Positions 48,617 to 62,556 of a stretch of DNA of 64,000 bases are shown piece after piece (position 1 is the first letter of the stretch; the number at the start of each line of letters is the position of its first letter). The stretch is from Myxococcota bacterium (lineage in GTDB: Bacteria; Myxococcota_A; UBA796; SXON01). Position numbers and translations under genes: made by a program. The notes beneath the pieces were generated by a model. It saw only the letters and a program-made list of their open reading frames with translations, made no database searches and was not told where the DNA came from. The stretch covers positions 199,002-263,001 of the forward strand of contig JAZKFH010000008.1 in assembly GCA_040386535.1 (NCBI GenBank), in the 5' to 3' direction.

Positions 48617-48664
48617 AACGCCCCCCGGGAGCGCCCGCCGCAGCCCCCCCTCAAAGGCGCGCCG

Positions 48665-49948
48665 TCAGGTGACCTCGTGCGCCTGCGCGAGGAGCACGTG
48701 GGCGAACGCGTTCGCGAGCAGACTCGCGTCCGGATCGTGCACGACCCGGCCGAGCAGCTCGCGGCGGCGTGCGAGGTCCGGATCGATGAGGCCCAGCTGG
48801 ACCGCGAGCAGGCTGCGCGTGTGGGAGTCGCCCTCGGCGGCGTCGATGCCCGCGCGGAAGGCGGACGCGGCTTCGGGCTTGCGGTCCAACCGCACGAGCG
48901 CCTTGCCGAGGAGCAGGTGGAGCTGGGGAACGCCGGGGTGGGCCTCGAGCGCCGTCACGGCGAGCCGCGCGGCCTGCCGCGGATCGAGGGCTCCGTCGTC
49001 GAGCCGGTGCAGCGTGCGCACGAGCCCGGGCGCGGCCTCGACGACCAGGCGGCGCGAGAGGGCCAGCCACGCGCGGTTGTCGAACCAGCCGGGCGCGAGC
49101 GTCTCCACCTCCTCGGCGCGCGCGATCGCCTCCTCCGTCCGCCCGAGCAGGAACAGCGTGAAGCTCGCGAGGTAGCGACAGTGCGGATCGAGGGGGTCCG
49201 CGGCGGCGCCGGCGTCGAAGCGGCGGAGCGCCCCCTCGTGATCCTCCTGGGCGCCGAGCACCCCGCCTCGCGCGGCCTCGCGTTGCGCCGTGACGAGCGT
49301 GGGCCGCCCCCGCGTGAAGACGGCCTCGTAGGTCGCTTGCCGCTCGAGCTGCGGCAGCTCGTCGAGCTCCCAGGTGGCCTCCGGCAGGTCGCGGCTCCGC
49401 AGCACCACGCGCAACAGGGGCTCTCCCTCGGGGAACCGCGCCGCGCGGTCGCGGAGGCGGGCCGCCACGGGCCCGTGCCCCGATCGCTCCAGCGCCGTGG
49501 CCCGGCGCAGGGACCACGCCGCCGCTTCGGCGCCGAGGTCCAGGTATCGGCACGCATCGGCGCACGCGCGCGCGTACACCTCCTCCCCCTCGGCATCCCC
49601 CGCGCGTTCGCACCGCCCGTACACCTCCGCGAGGACGGGGAGCGCGCGGCCGGCCTGCCCGGCCTGGAACAGCAGCTGGCCTTGCATCCCGAGCGCGAGA
49701 TCGAGCGGCCGGGTGTCCCCGCCCCCCGGCATCGCCCGCATCTCGGCCACATCCCCCTCGATCAGCGCCAACGCATCGAGCAGGCGGTCCGCGCCGGCCA
49801 ACGAGAGCGCGAGCTCGCGGTTGGCCGCCCAGCGCTCGACCGCCGCGAGCAGCGCGTCCCGCTGCGTCTCTCGCTGCGTCTCATGGAGGGCCTCGCCCGT
49901 GAGCGGCGCGGGCGCGGTTCGCCCAAAGAGACGGTTCCACCAGCGCAC
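48665..49948 (-). CDS. TPR-repeat protein
   Basis: Repeated helical motifs (LLGRTEEAIA, LLLGKALVRLDRKPEAASAF); start uncertain. Confidence 0.7.
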   Translation of the reverse strand: MRWWNRLFGRTAPAPLTGEALHETQRETQRDALLAAVERWAANRELALSLAGADRLLDALALIEGDVAEMRAMPGGGDTRPLDLALGMQGQLLFQAGQAGRALPVLAEVYGRCERAGDAEGEEVYARACADACRYLDLGAEAAAWSLRRATALERSGHGPVAARLRDRAARFPEGEPLLRVVLRSRDLPEATWELDELPQLERQATYEAVFTRGRPTLVTAQREAARGGVLGAQEDHEGALRRFDAGAAADPLDPHCRYLASFTLFLLGRTEEAIARAEEVETLAPGWFDNRAWLALSRRLVVEAAPGLVRTLHRLDDGALDPRQAARLAVTALEAHPGVPQLHLLLGKALVRLDRKPEAASAFRAGIDAAEGDSHTRSLLAVQLGLIDPDLARRRELLGRVVHDPDASLLANAFAHVLLAQAHEVT

Positions 49949-50140
49949 TGTCCACCCCGGTCGTCCCTGCATTCTATGCCGCCTGCCTCCCGCGTGGTCA
50001 AGCTCGCGGGGGGGCCTTGACGCCCCCGGCCTGACGAACGTCCGTCAGCACGTGACGGACGTCGGTCGACGTCCGTCACCCCGGCAACGGGAGAACCAGC
50101 ATTTAAGCGCGGCACGCCGCTTGCCCGCAGCCCGGCCGCC

Positions 50141-52384
50141 ATGCCACCCCTCGTCGCCCTCGCGCTCGGCTCCGCCCTGGGCGCGGCGCTGTACCCCGCG
50201 CTCCAGCCTCCGTTCGCGCCGCTGATCGTCGCGATCGTTGTCCTGCTCGGGTTGGGCGCGCTCGCGGGGCGGCGGGGCGCCGGAGACGTAGGCCGCGCGG
50301 CCCTCGCGGCGGCCGGGTTCATGCTCGGGCTGGCGGGGCCGGCGGCGTTGCCCGATCCGCCGCGGCTGGTGGGGGAGTGGCGGGCGCGAGGGCGGGTGGT
50401 CACCGCGGCGTGGGGTGCGGAGGCGGACGTGGCGCTGACCGCGGTGGCGCGGCCCTCGCAGGCGTGGGTGCCGGCCGACGGACGCGTGCGGGTGCGCTTT
50501 CCGGGCACGCCGCCCCCGCCGGGCACGGCGGTGCTGGTCGACGGAAAGGCCCGGCTGCTCGATCCCGGTGCGCTCCCCGGGGCGCCCGATCCGGTGTGGG
50601 AGGCCACGCGCGCGGGCGTCGTGAGCCGCCTCTCCGCGCGGGAGGTGGTGCGAATCGGCCCGCCGCCGCCCACGTTCGATCTGTCCGCCGCCACCCACGC
50701 CGGGCTCCTGCGCGCCATGCTCGACGGCGATCGGTCGGGGGTGCCGGCCGACGTGGCGGATCGGATGCGACGCACCGGCACGTGGCACCTCGTGTCGATC
50801 TCGGGGCTGCACATCGGCTTGTGTGCCACGGTGGCGTGGGCGATCGCCTGGGTGCTCACCCGGCCGCTGGTGATGGTGTGGCGGTACGGCGGCCTCCGGT
50901 GGCTCTGCGCCATCGCCGCCATCGCCGCCGCCGTCGCCTACGCCGACGTGGCGGGGTGGCCCCTTCCGGCGCGGCGCGCGGTGTGGATGAGCGCGGCGGG
51001 CGCGATCGTGGCGGCGCTCCGCGTGCGCCCGGGCGTGGCCGAGGTGCTCGCGCTCGCGTGGCTCGGCACCTCCGCCGCGGAGCCCGGCGCCATCGCGAAC
51101 GCGGGCGCCCAGCTCTCGTTCAGCGCGATGATCGGCATGGCGCTCGTGGGGCCGCGGGTCACGCGGTGGCTCCCGCCGGACAGCAAGTGGTGGGTCCGTT
51201 GGCCGGTCGGGGGCCTCGCCACGACCGCCGGGGCCACGGCGGGCACCCTCCCGACCGTGGCCTGGTACTTCCAGGATCTCGCGCCCACCGCGCCGTTCGC
51301 CAACCTCGTGGCGGTGCCGTTGATGGGCACGGTCGCGACGCCCGCGCTCCTGTTGAGCCAGGTGTTGCCGGCCCCGCTCGGGCCGCTCGCCCTCCAGGTG
51401 GCCGACCTGTCCATCACCCTGGGGCTCGCCGCACTCGCGCCGCTCGACATGGCGCCGCTCCACCCCGCGGTCGGGCTCCCCGGGGCCGCCCTGCTCGCGG
51501 CGGCCGTGCTCCTGCGTCGCCACGTGATCGCCGCGGCGCTGCTGATGACGCTGGCGCTCGGACTGACCGCCCGCCCCGCCGGGGTGCTCGTCGTGCGTTT
51601 CCTGGACGTGGGCCAGGGGGACGCGGCGCTGGTCGAGTGGCCCGACGGCCGCGCGTGGCTCGTGGACGCGGGGCCGCCGGGCGAGGACGTGCTGCTCGCG
51701 CTCCGGCGGTGGGGCGTCCATCGCCTCGACGCGGTGGTGCTCACGCACCCGCATCCGGACCACATGGGGGGCCTCGACGCGCTGCTGCGCGAGCTGCCCG
51801 TCGCCAGCATCCGCGTGCCGCGCCTGCCGCAGCCGGGCGAGGACTCCTTTGCCAAGCTGCTCGCCTCCACATCCGCACGGACGATCCTCGGGGCGTGGGG
51901 CCCCGACGCGGCGGGGACGATGGGGGGCGCCGGCACGGTCGGCGCGGCGAGCTACACGTTCCTCCACCCGGGCGTCGGCTTCGCCGCGGACGGCAACGTG
52001 AACGACGAGAGCCTCGTGTTCCGCATCACCTATGGAACGCGCCGGTTCCTGTTCACCGGCGACATCGAGGCCGCGGGCGAGGCGGCGCTCGTCGGGGCGG
52101 ACCTCCGCGCGGATGTCCTCAAGGTGCCGCACCACGGGAGCCGCACCTCCTCCTCCCAAACGTTCGTGGACGCGGTCGGTCCAAGCCTCGCCGTTTTCGG
52201 GGTGGGGCGTGACAACCGTTACGGGCACCCACACGCCGAGGTCATGGCGCGCTACCGGGGGGTGGACGTGGCCCGCACCGATCGGGACGGCACCGTAGAG
52301 GTGCGCACCGACGGGCGCTCTCTGGAGGTGCGGCGGTTCCCACCCGAGACGTGGCGAGTGCGGAGCGCGGCGGCGCCGCCGTGA
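50141..52384 (+). CDS. comEC: DNA-uptake competence protein ComEC/Rec2
   Basis: GTWHLVSISGLHI, QLSFSA, FLDVGQGDA, THPHPDHMGG, FTGDIE, KVPHHGSRTSS, NRYGHP. Confidence 0.93.
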   Translation: MPPLVALALGSALGAALYPALQPPFAPLIVAIVVLLGLGALAGRRGAGDVGRAALAAAGFMLGLAGPAALPDPPRLVGEWRARGRVVTAAWGAEADVALTAVARPSQAWVPADGRVRVRFPGTPPPPGTAVLVDGKARLLDPGALPGAPDPVWEATRAGVVSRLSAREVVRIGPPPPTFDLSAATHAGLLRAMLDGDRSGVPADVADRMRRTGTWHLVSISGLHIGLCATVAWAIAWVLTRPLVMVWRYGGLRWLCAIAAIAAAVAYADVAGWPLPARRAVWMSAAGAIVAALRVRPGVAEVLALAWLGTSAAEPGAIANAGAQLSFSAMIGMALVGPRVTRWLPPDSKWWVRWPVGGLATTAGATAGTLPTVAWYFQDLAPTAPFANLVAVPLMGTVATPALLLSQVLPAPLGPLALQVADLSITLGLAALAPLDMAPLHPAVGLPGAALLAAAVLLRRHVIAAALLMTLALGLTARPAGVLVVRFLDVGQGDAALVEWPDGRAWLVDAGPPGEDVLLALRRWGVHRLDAVVLTHPHPDHMGGLDALLRELPVASIRVPRLPQPGEDSFAKLLASTSARTILGAWGPDAAGTMGGAGTVGAASYTFLHPGVGFAADGNVNDESLVFRITYGTRRFLFTGDIEAAGEAALVGADLRADVLKVPHHGSRTSSSQTFVDAVGPSLAVFGVGRDNRYGHPHAEVMARYRGVDVARTDRDGTVEVRTDGRSLEVRRFPPETWRVRSAAAPP

Positions 52385-52431
52385 GTCACAAGTTCACAGC
52401 GGCACCTCACCCGTGCGCCTCACCCCCCGTG

Positions 52432-53052
52432 TCACCCCTGGAGGGCGGTGATACGCGCATCCTCTTCCGTTCGCTCCGCCTGCCAACGCTCCGGCAGCCA
52501 GGGCTTCCACTCGGGGACAGGCTGGAAGCGGCCCAACGTGATGCGGAGCACGTCCGACGTCGTGGGCACCCGCGGCACGGCACGCAAGGGCATGCCGGCT
52601 TGGGAGGGCGTGCGGTCGGCCTTGCGCATGTTGCACGCGCGGCACGCCGTGGTCGCGTTCTCCCAACATGACACACGCACCCACTTGCGGGACCAGGACA
52701 GGTACACCATCCCGTTCTTCGCGTGGGCGCGGGGAACGACGTGGTCGAGCGTGAGCCGGTCGCGTTCGGACACGGCCTCGCCCCGGTGCGGCCGCAAGCC
52801 ACAATAGGCGCAGGTGTATCCGTCGCGAGCGAGCACTCCGCGCGCGCTGTAGCCGACGCGTCCGCGCGCCTTCGCGTACCGACGGAGCGCCACGACCGCC
52901 GGCCACGGCAAGGCGAGGCTCGCCGAGCGAACGAAGCGGCCGGGGTAGGCCGCCACGGTGACAGCCTTGCCCGAGAGCACGAGCTCGATGGCACGCTCCC
53001 AGGGCAGGACCTTGAGCGGTGTGTAGTCGGCGTTGAGCTGGAGGGTGTACAT
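52432..53052 (-). CDS. HNH endonuclease (McrA-like)
   Basis: LQLNADYTPL, RDGYTCAYCG, TLDHVVPR, WENATTACRACNMRKADRTP; GGAGG RBS. Confidence 0.9.
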   Translation of the reverse strand: MYTLQLNADYTPLKVLPWERAIELVLSGKAVTVAAYPGRFVRSASLALPWPAVVALRRYAKARGRVGYSARGVLARDGYTCAYCGLRPHRGEAVSERDRLTLDHVVPRAHAKNGMVYLSWSRKWVRVSCWENATTACRACNMRKADRTPSQAGMPLRAVPRVPTTSDVLRITLGRFQPVPEWKPWLPERWQAERTEEDARITALQG

Positions 53053-53213
53053 GGCGGCCTCCGGAGGCGCGGCAGAACGGGCGAACGAACGCGGGCAGAT
53101 GGAATGGGGTGGCCGCGCCTGACACACGTCTGGCGTGTGTGGCTCGGGGTTGGGGGACGGGGTTGGGGGACGGGTTGGGGGACGGGCTTGGGGACACGAC
53201 GCGGAGACGCGCG

Positions 53214-53259
53214 CCAAAAGCAACGAAGCCCCGGCTCCCTCGTGGGGGGCCGGGGCTCC
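53214..53259 (-). terminator. Terminator/attenuator in the HNH leader
   Basis: Minus strand GGAGCCCCGGCCCCCCACGAGGGAGCCGGGGCTTCGTTGCTTTTGG. Confidence 0.7.
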
Positions 53260-53294
53260 GTGAGCCGCAGGTCCATGCCGGGGAAGGCGGGGAT

Positions 53295-53417
53295 CTACGG
53301 CGGGGAACCTCCGGCCGGGGCATGCTTGCGCGTGGACACCGAATCGGGCGTACGCAGCCCGCTGGCGACGATGTCGCTCGGGTACGAGGCGTTCGAATCG
53401 GGGAACACAGCCAGCAT
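53295..53417 (-). CDS. Putative 40-aa leader (arrest-type) peptide
   Basis: MLAVFPDSNASYPSDIVASGLRTPDSVSTRKHAPAGGSPP-stop, between the promoter and the terminator. Confidence 0.5.
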   Translation of the reverse strand: MLAVFPDSNASYPSDIVASGLRTPDSVSTRKHAPAGGSPP

Positions 53418-53423
53418 CCGCCC

Positions 53424-53453
53424 AAGCTACTCTCGGCCCCCCGGATGTGTCAA
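53424..53453 (-). promoter_or_regulatory. Sigma70-type promoter for the leader peptide/HNH unit
   Basis: Minus strand TTGACA (53453-48), 18-nt spacer, TAGCTT (53429-24). Confidence 0.6.
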
Positions 53454-53696
53454 CACAATCAATTGCGATTCCTGGGCGAGGCGCGGGTGTGGACCGCTCA
53501 CGGCGTCCCCGCGAGGCCGCATCTCGCCGCTTCGACGGGTCAAAAAATGTCGCGCGCGCGGGTCTCGACCCTGGAGGCGTCGAACGACGAAGTCGAACGC
53601 CCGTCGCTTCGATCGATCCCACCCCGATCGTGGGGACCGCTATGGGAACGCCGGATCTGCTGCTATGGTCCCGCCCGTCCGTCCGGAGCCGTTTTC

Positions 53697-59012
<5,316 letters not shown>

Positions 59013-59111
59013 GACCGGTCGGTAGGGAAGGCGACCCGGGCGGGCTCATTCGTGAGCTCGCCCGGGTCGCGCTTGTTTTACCGTCCGACGAACTTCACGC
59101 CGTCGGCGCGC

Positions 59112-59783
59112 TCAAGCCGGCATCGTACACAGGGCCGACGGAAACACCCGCACCACCTTGACCGGCAGCGGCTTCATGAGCCCGCGCATCTCCGCGAACG
59201 TGGAGCCGCGCCGCACGGACAACATGCCGTCGTGCACGGCGTCCCGGCCGAGCCCGACCAGCGGCGCCAGGAAGGCGAAGCCGACCACCCCGTAGAGCGT
59301 CACCTCGAGGTCGAAGACGTAGGCGCTCCGGGCCACGCGCGCGACCTCGCGGATCAGCGCGTGGCGCACTCCGTGGGGGAGGTGGTGCATCATCAGGGTG
59401 TTGGTGGCGAGGTGGAAGCTGTGGTCGGGGAACGGGAGCGCGGTCGCGTCGGCCTCCAGCACGGTGGCACGCGTTCCGAGGCGCTGGGCGGCCATCTCGA
59501 CGAACGCCGGGCTCTTGTCGATGCCCACGAGCTCGCAGGGCAGGTCGCTGTCGGCGAGCGCCGCGAGCAAGCCCCCGGAGCCGGTGCCTACGTCGAGCAC
59601 GCGGAAGGGCGAGGGGCGGCCGAGCGCCTCCCAGTGACGACGGATGCGGCGCGTGTGGGCGGTGTACCAGCCCGACGCGCGGTTCCAGCGGTCGAGGTCC
59701 TGGAGGATCGACCGACCGCGCCGGGAGAGGCCCTCGTGGTCGAGGATCTCCTCCTCCTGGGTGCGGAGCATGGAGGCGAACAT
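59112..59783 (-). CDS. Class I SAM-dependent methyltransferase
   Basis: VLDVGTGSG, EADATALPFPDHSF, MMHHL, DGMLSVRR. Confidence 0.85.
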   Translation of the reverse strand: MFASMLRTQEEEILDHEGLSRRGRSILQDLDRWNRASGWYTAHTRRIRRHWEALGRPSPFRVLDVGTGSGGLLAALADSDLPCELVGIDKSPAFVEMAAQRLGTRATVLEADATALPFPDHSFHLATNTLMMHHLPHGVRHALIREVARVARSAYVFDLEVTLYGVVGFAFLAPLVGLGRDAVHDGMLSVRRGSTFAEMRGLMKPLPVKVVRVFPSALCTMPA

Positions 59784-60368
59784 TCAGGCGCCATCGAGAA
59801 AGCGGCGGAGCGGCAACACGCAGAACCCCCAGGCCACCGCCGATTCCCACTCGATGCGGAACACGTCGAGGGTTCGGGTGCCGGTGGCCGTGTCCAGAAG
59901 GTAGCCACAGCCGGACCACGCGGAGGCACGAACGCCCGGGGCGCCGGTCTGGAGGTCACCGGGGCACGCGGCGACGCCCACGATCGTGGCGTCCACCGGG
60001 CCCTCGACCGGGCGGCACAACCACTCCCGCTTCACGTCGAACACCGTCACCTTCCACGCGCCGCGCGCCTCCTGGCGCTTGCCGACCAGCCCGAGGGCGC
60101 GGAGCACCCGGGTGGGCTCGCGGTCGCTCGCCTCCACGAGGCGGCGCAGGTCGGCCACGCGCACCACGGCGAGGGGCGTATGGGCGCCCGCGCGGGCCTC
60201 CAGGCGGCTCACCCAGGCCACCTGCAGGGTGTCGGGCACCTCGGCGGTGGCCTCGCACGTCTGGGCGTCCCCGCGGGCCTCTCCGGGCGCGTCCCGCTGC
60301 ATGGAGGCGGGCTCGGCCGCCCAGGCCGGTAGCGCGAAGAAGGCGAGGAGCGCGAGCAACGCCGTCAC
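59784..60368 (-). CDS. Secreted hypothetical protein
   Basis: GTG start overlaps the nagZ stop; signal peptide; several Cys residues. Confidence 0.65.
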   Translation of the reverse strand: MTALLALLAFFALPAWAAEPASMQRDAPGEARGDAQTCEATAEVPDTLQVAWVSRLEARAGAHTPLAVVRVADLRRLVEASDREPTRVLRALGLVGKRQEARGAWKVTVFDVKREWLCRPVEGPVDATIVGVAACPGDLQTGAPGVRASAWSGCGYLLDTATGTRTLDVFRIEWESAVAWGFCVLPLRRFLDGA

Positions 60369-61471
60369 GCCTGCCCCTCCGCCCTCGCCCGAAGCGCGAG
60401 ATCCAGGTGGGTGTGGTTGCCGAGGATGTCGAGGCCGGGGCGCGGCGACGGGTCCTTCAGGAACCGCTCGCGCAGGCCGTGCCAGCGCTTCGCGGCGTCG
60501 ATCGCGAGGTCGGCCTGCCCCTTGTCGGACTCCTGCAGGCGGATGAGCTCCTCGAACGCCTGCACCTGCAACGACAGGTCCTTGCACATCAGGAACGAGT
60601 CGACCGTGGCGACGGAGGCCTCGGTGAGCTGCTGCTCGAGCGGGTAGCGGCCGCGCACGGCCTTCATCTCCATGTCGTCGCTGAACACCACGCCCTGGAA
60701 CTTCAGGCGCTTGCGCAGGATGCCGTCGACGATGCGGTGGGACATCGTGGCGGGGCGATCCTCGTCCCACCCCGGATACACGACGTGGGCGGTCATCACC
60801 GTCGCGACGCCGGCGCGCAGGCACGCGCGGAAGGGCACCAGCTCCACCTGGTCGAGATCGGGGGGATCCTTCTCGACGACGGGCAGCTCCAGGTGTGAGT
60901 CCGTGGCGGTGTCCCCGTGGCCGGGGAAGTGTTTCGCGCAGGCGATGCACCCCTCGGCCTGGAGGCCGCGGACCATCGCGGCGGCGTGGCGCCCGGCGGC
61001 GGCGGCCTCGGCGGCGAACGCGCGGTCTCCGATGACGGGGTTCTTGGGGTTCGAGTCCACGTCCGCCACGGGGGCGAAGTCGAGATCGAAGCCGAGCGCG
61101 CGCACCTCGCGGCCGAGCGCGCGGCCGATCGCCACGGAGAAGGCCTCCTGGTCGACGTTCCCGACCCACCGCATCGGTGGCCACACGGTGGCGGGGCTCT
61201 TGACGCGCTGCACGCGGCCGCCCTCCTGGTCGACGCAGCGGATGGGCGGAAGATCCTTCGGGAGCAGGCTCGCGAGCTCGCGGTTGAGCTCGAACACCTG
61301 GCCCGCCTCCTCCACGTTCCGCGCGAACAGGACGAACCCGCCGGGCTGGCAGTGGCGGATCCACGCGCGCTCCTCGTCCGTGAGCGAGGGGCCCGCGATG
61401 CCGAGGACGAGCCGCTGCCCTGCGCGCCGCTTGCGCTCCGCGCTCGTGGTGGTGAGGCCGACGACGTTCAC
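60365..61471 (-). CDS. nagZ: Beta-N-acetylhexosaminidase (GH3)
   Basis: LFARN, VDQEGGRVQR, FAPVAD, KHFPGHG..TDSH, MTAHV, SDDMEM. Confidence 0.93.
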   Translation of the reverse strand: MNVVGLTTTSAERKRRAGQRLVLGIAGPSLTDEERAWIRHCQPGGFVLFARNVEEAGQVFELNRELASLLPKDLPPIRCVDQEGGRVQRVKSPATVWPPMRWVGNVDQEAFSVAIGRALGREVRALGFDLDFAPVADVDSNPKNPVIGDRAFAAEAAAAGRHAAAMVRGLQAEGCIACAKHFPGHGDTATDSHLELPVVEKDPPDLDQVELVPFRACLRAGVATVMTAHVVYPGWDEDRPATMSHRIVDGILRKRLKFQGVVFSDDMEMKAVRGRYPLEQQLTEASVATVDSFLMCKDLSLQVQAFEELIRLQESDKGQADLAIDAAKRWHGLRERFLKDPSPRPGLDILGNHTHLDLALRARAEGQA

Positions 61472-61896
61472 GACGCCGCCCCGTCGGCGCCGTGCGCCGG
61501 ATGTTCCGCGAGCTCCATCAGCACGCCGCCGCAGGACCGGGGGTGGATGAAGATGACGCGGCTGCCGTGCGCGCCGGGCTTGGGCCCCTCGGAGAGGAAC
61601 TGGTAGCCCTTCGCGCGGAGGCGGGCGATGTCCGCGTCCAGATCGTCCGACTCGAAGCAGACGTGATGGAGGCCCGGGCCTTTCTTCTCCAGGAACCCCG
61701 CGATCGGGCCCTGGCCACCCATCGGTTGGACCAACTCGATCCGCGTTCCCTCGATGGGGAAGAAGGCGGTCGAGGTCAGCTCGGTCGGCACGTCCTCACG
61801 GCCAGCGAGGGGGATGCCGATGTCCTCCGCAAAGCGATGGATGGCAACGTCCAGGTCGGGCACGGCGATGGCGATGTGGTCGAGGCGACGGATCAT
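61468..61896 (-). CDS. mce: Methylmalonyl-CoA epimerase
   Basis: LDHIAIAVPDL, IELVQP, FLEKKGPGLHHVCF, GAHG...FIHP...GVLMEL. Confidence 0.9.
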   Translation of the reverse strand: MIRRLDHIAIAVPDLDVAIHRFAEDIGIPLAGREDVPTELTSTAFFPIEGTRIELVQPMGGQGPIAGFLEKKGPGLHHVCFESDDLDADIARLRAKGYQFLSEGPKPGAHGSRVIFIHPRSCGGVLMELAEHPAHGADGAAS

Positions 61897-61930
61897 CCTA
61901 TGGCACTATCCCGCCCCATCAGGAGTCCCC

Positions 61931-62512
61931 ATGTCCACCGCCGGCCCCCGCGTGTTCACCGCGCGCCGTTCGTTCTTCTCCTTCCTCGGGCCCGAGTTCC
62001 GGTTCTTCGGCGCCGACGGACAGCTCGCCCTGTTCGTGAAGCAGAAGGCCTTCCGCCTCAAGGAAGAGATCACGGCCTATCGCGACGAGGGCAAGTCGCA
62101 GCCCGTGCTCCGCATCCAGGCCCGCAGCATCATGGACGTGCGCGGCACCTACGACGTGACCGACGCGAGCACGGGCGAGCGCGTGGGGACCTGCAAGCGG
62201 CAGGGCCTCAAGAGCCTCCTGCGCGACACCTGGGAGCTCCGCGGTGTGGACGACACGCTCGTCGGCACGCTCTCCGAGGACAGCCTCGCGCTGGCGCTGG
62301 TGCGTCGCTTCCTGCTCAAGTCCTGGCTCCCACAGACCTTCTCGTTGACAGCGCCGGACGGTCGCAGCCTCGGCAAGCTCAAGCAGCGCTTCAACCCCTT
62401 CCTCATCGTGTACGACTGCGACTTCGGCGCGGGCGGGCCCGACGCGGTCGACACTCGCCTGGCGACCGCCGCGACCGTGCTCCTGCTCGCCATCGAGGGC
62501 CGCCAGGGCTGA
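61931..62512 (+). CDS. LURP-one/scramblase-like hypothetical protein
   Basis: FVKQKAFRLKEEI, GLKSLLRDTW, LLLAIEGRQ; AGGAG RBS. Confidence 0.7.
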   Translation: MSTAGPRVFTARRSFFSFLGPEFRFFGADGQLALFVKQKAFRLKEEITAYRDEGKSQPVLRIQARSIMDVRGTYDVTDASTGERVGTCKRQGLKSLLRDTWELRGVDDTLVGTLSEDSLALALVRRFLLKSWLPQTFSLTAPDGRSLGKLKQRFNPFLIVYDCDFGAGGPDAVDTRLATAATVLLLAIEGRQG

Positions 62513-62556
62513 CAGGGCGGGTGGACACCCCGCCCGTTTGATCGGAGCATCCGCGC

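Noticed and set aside
52432..53052. IscB/Cas9-like RNA-guided nuclease
   Set aside because: Only about 206 aa, with no RuvC motifs or PLMP N-terminus; a stand-alone McrA-like HNH.
53109..53696. N-terminal extension of the giant lipoprotein
   Set aside because: The signal peptide and lipobox start at ATG 53697; the upstream region holds opposite-strand regulatory elements.
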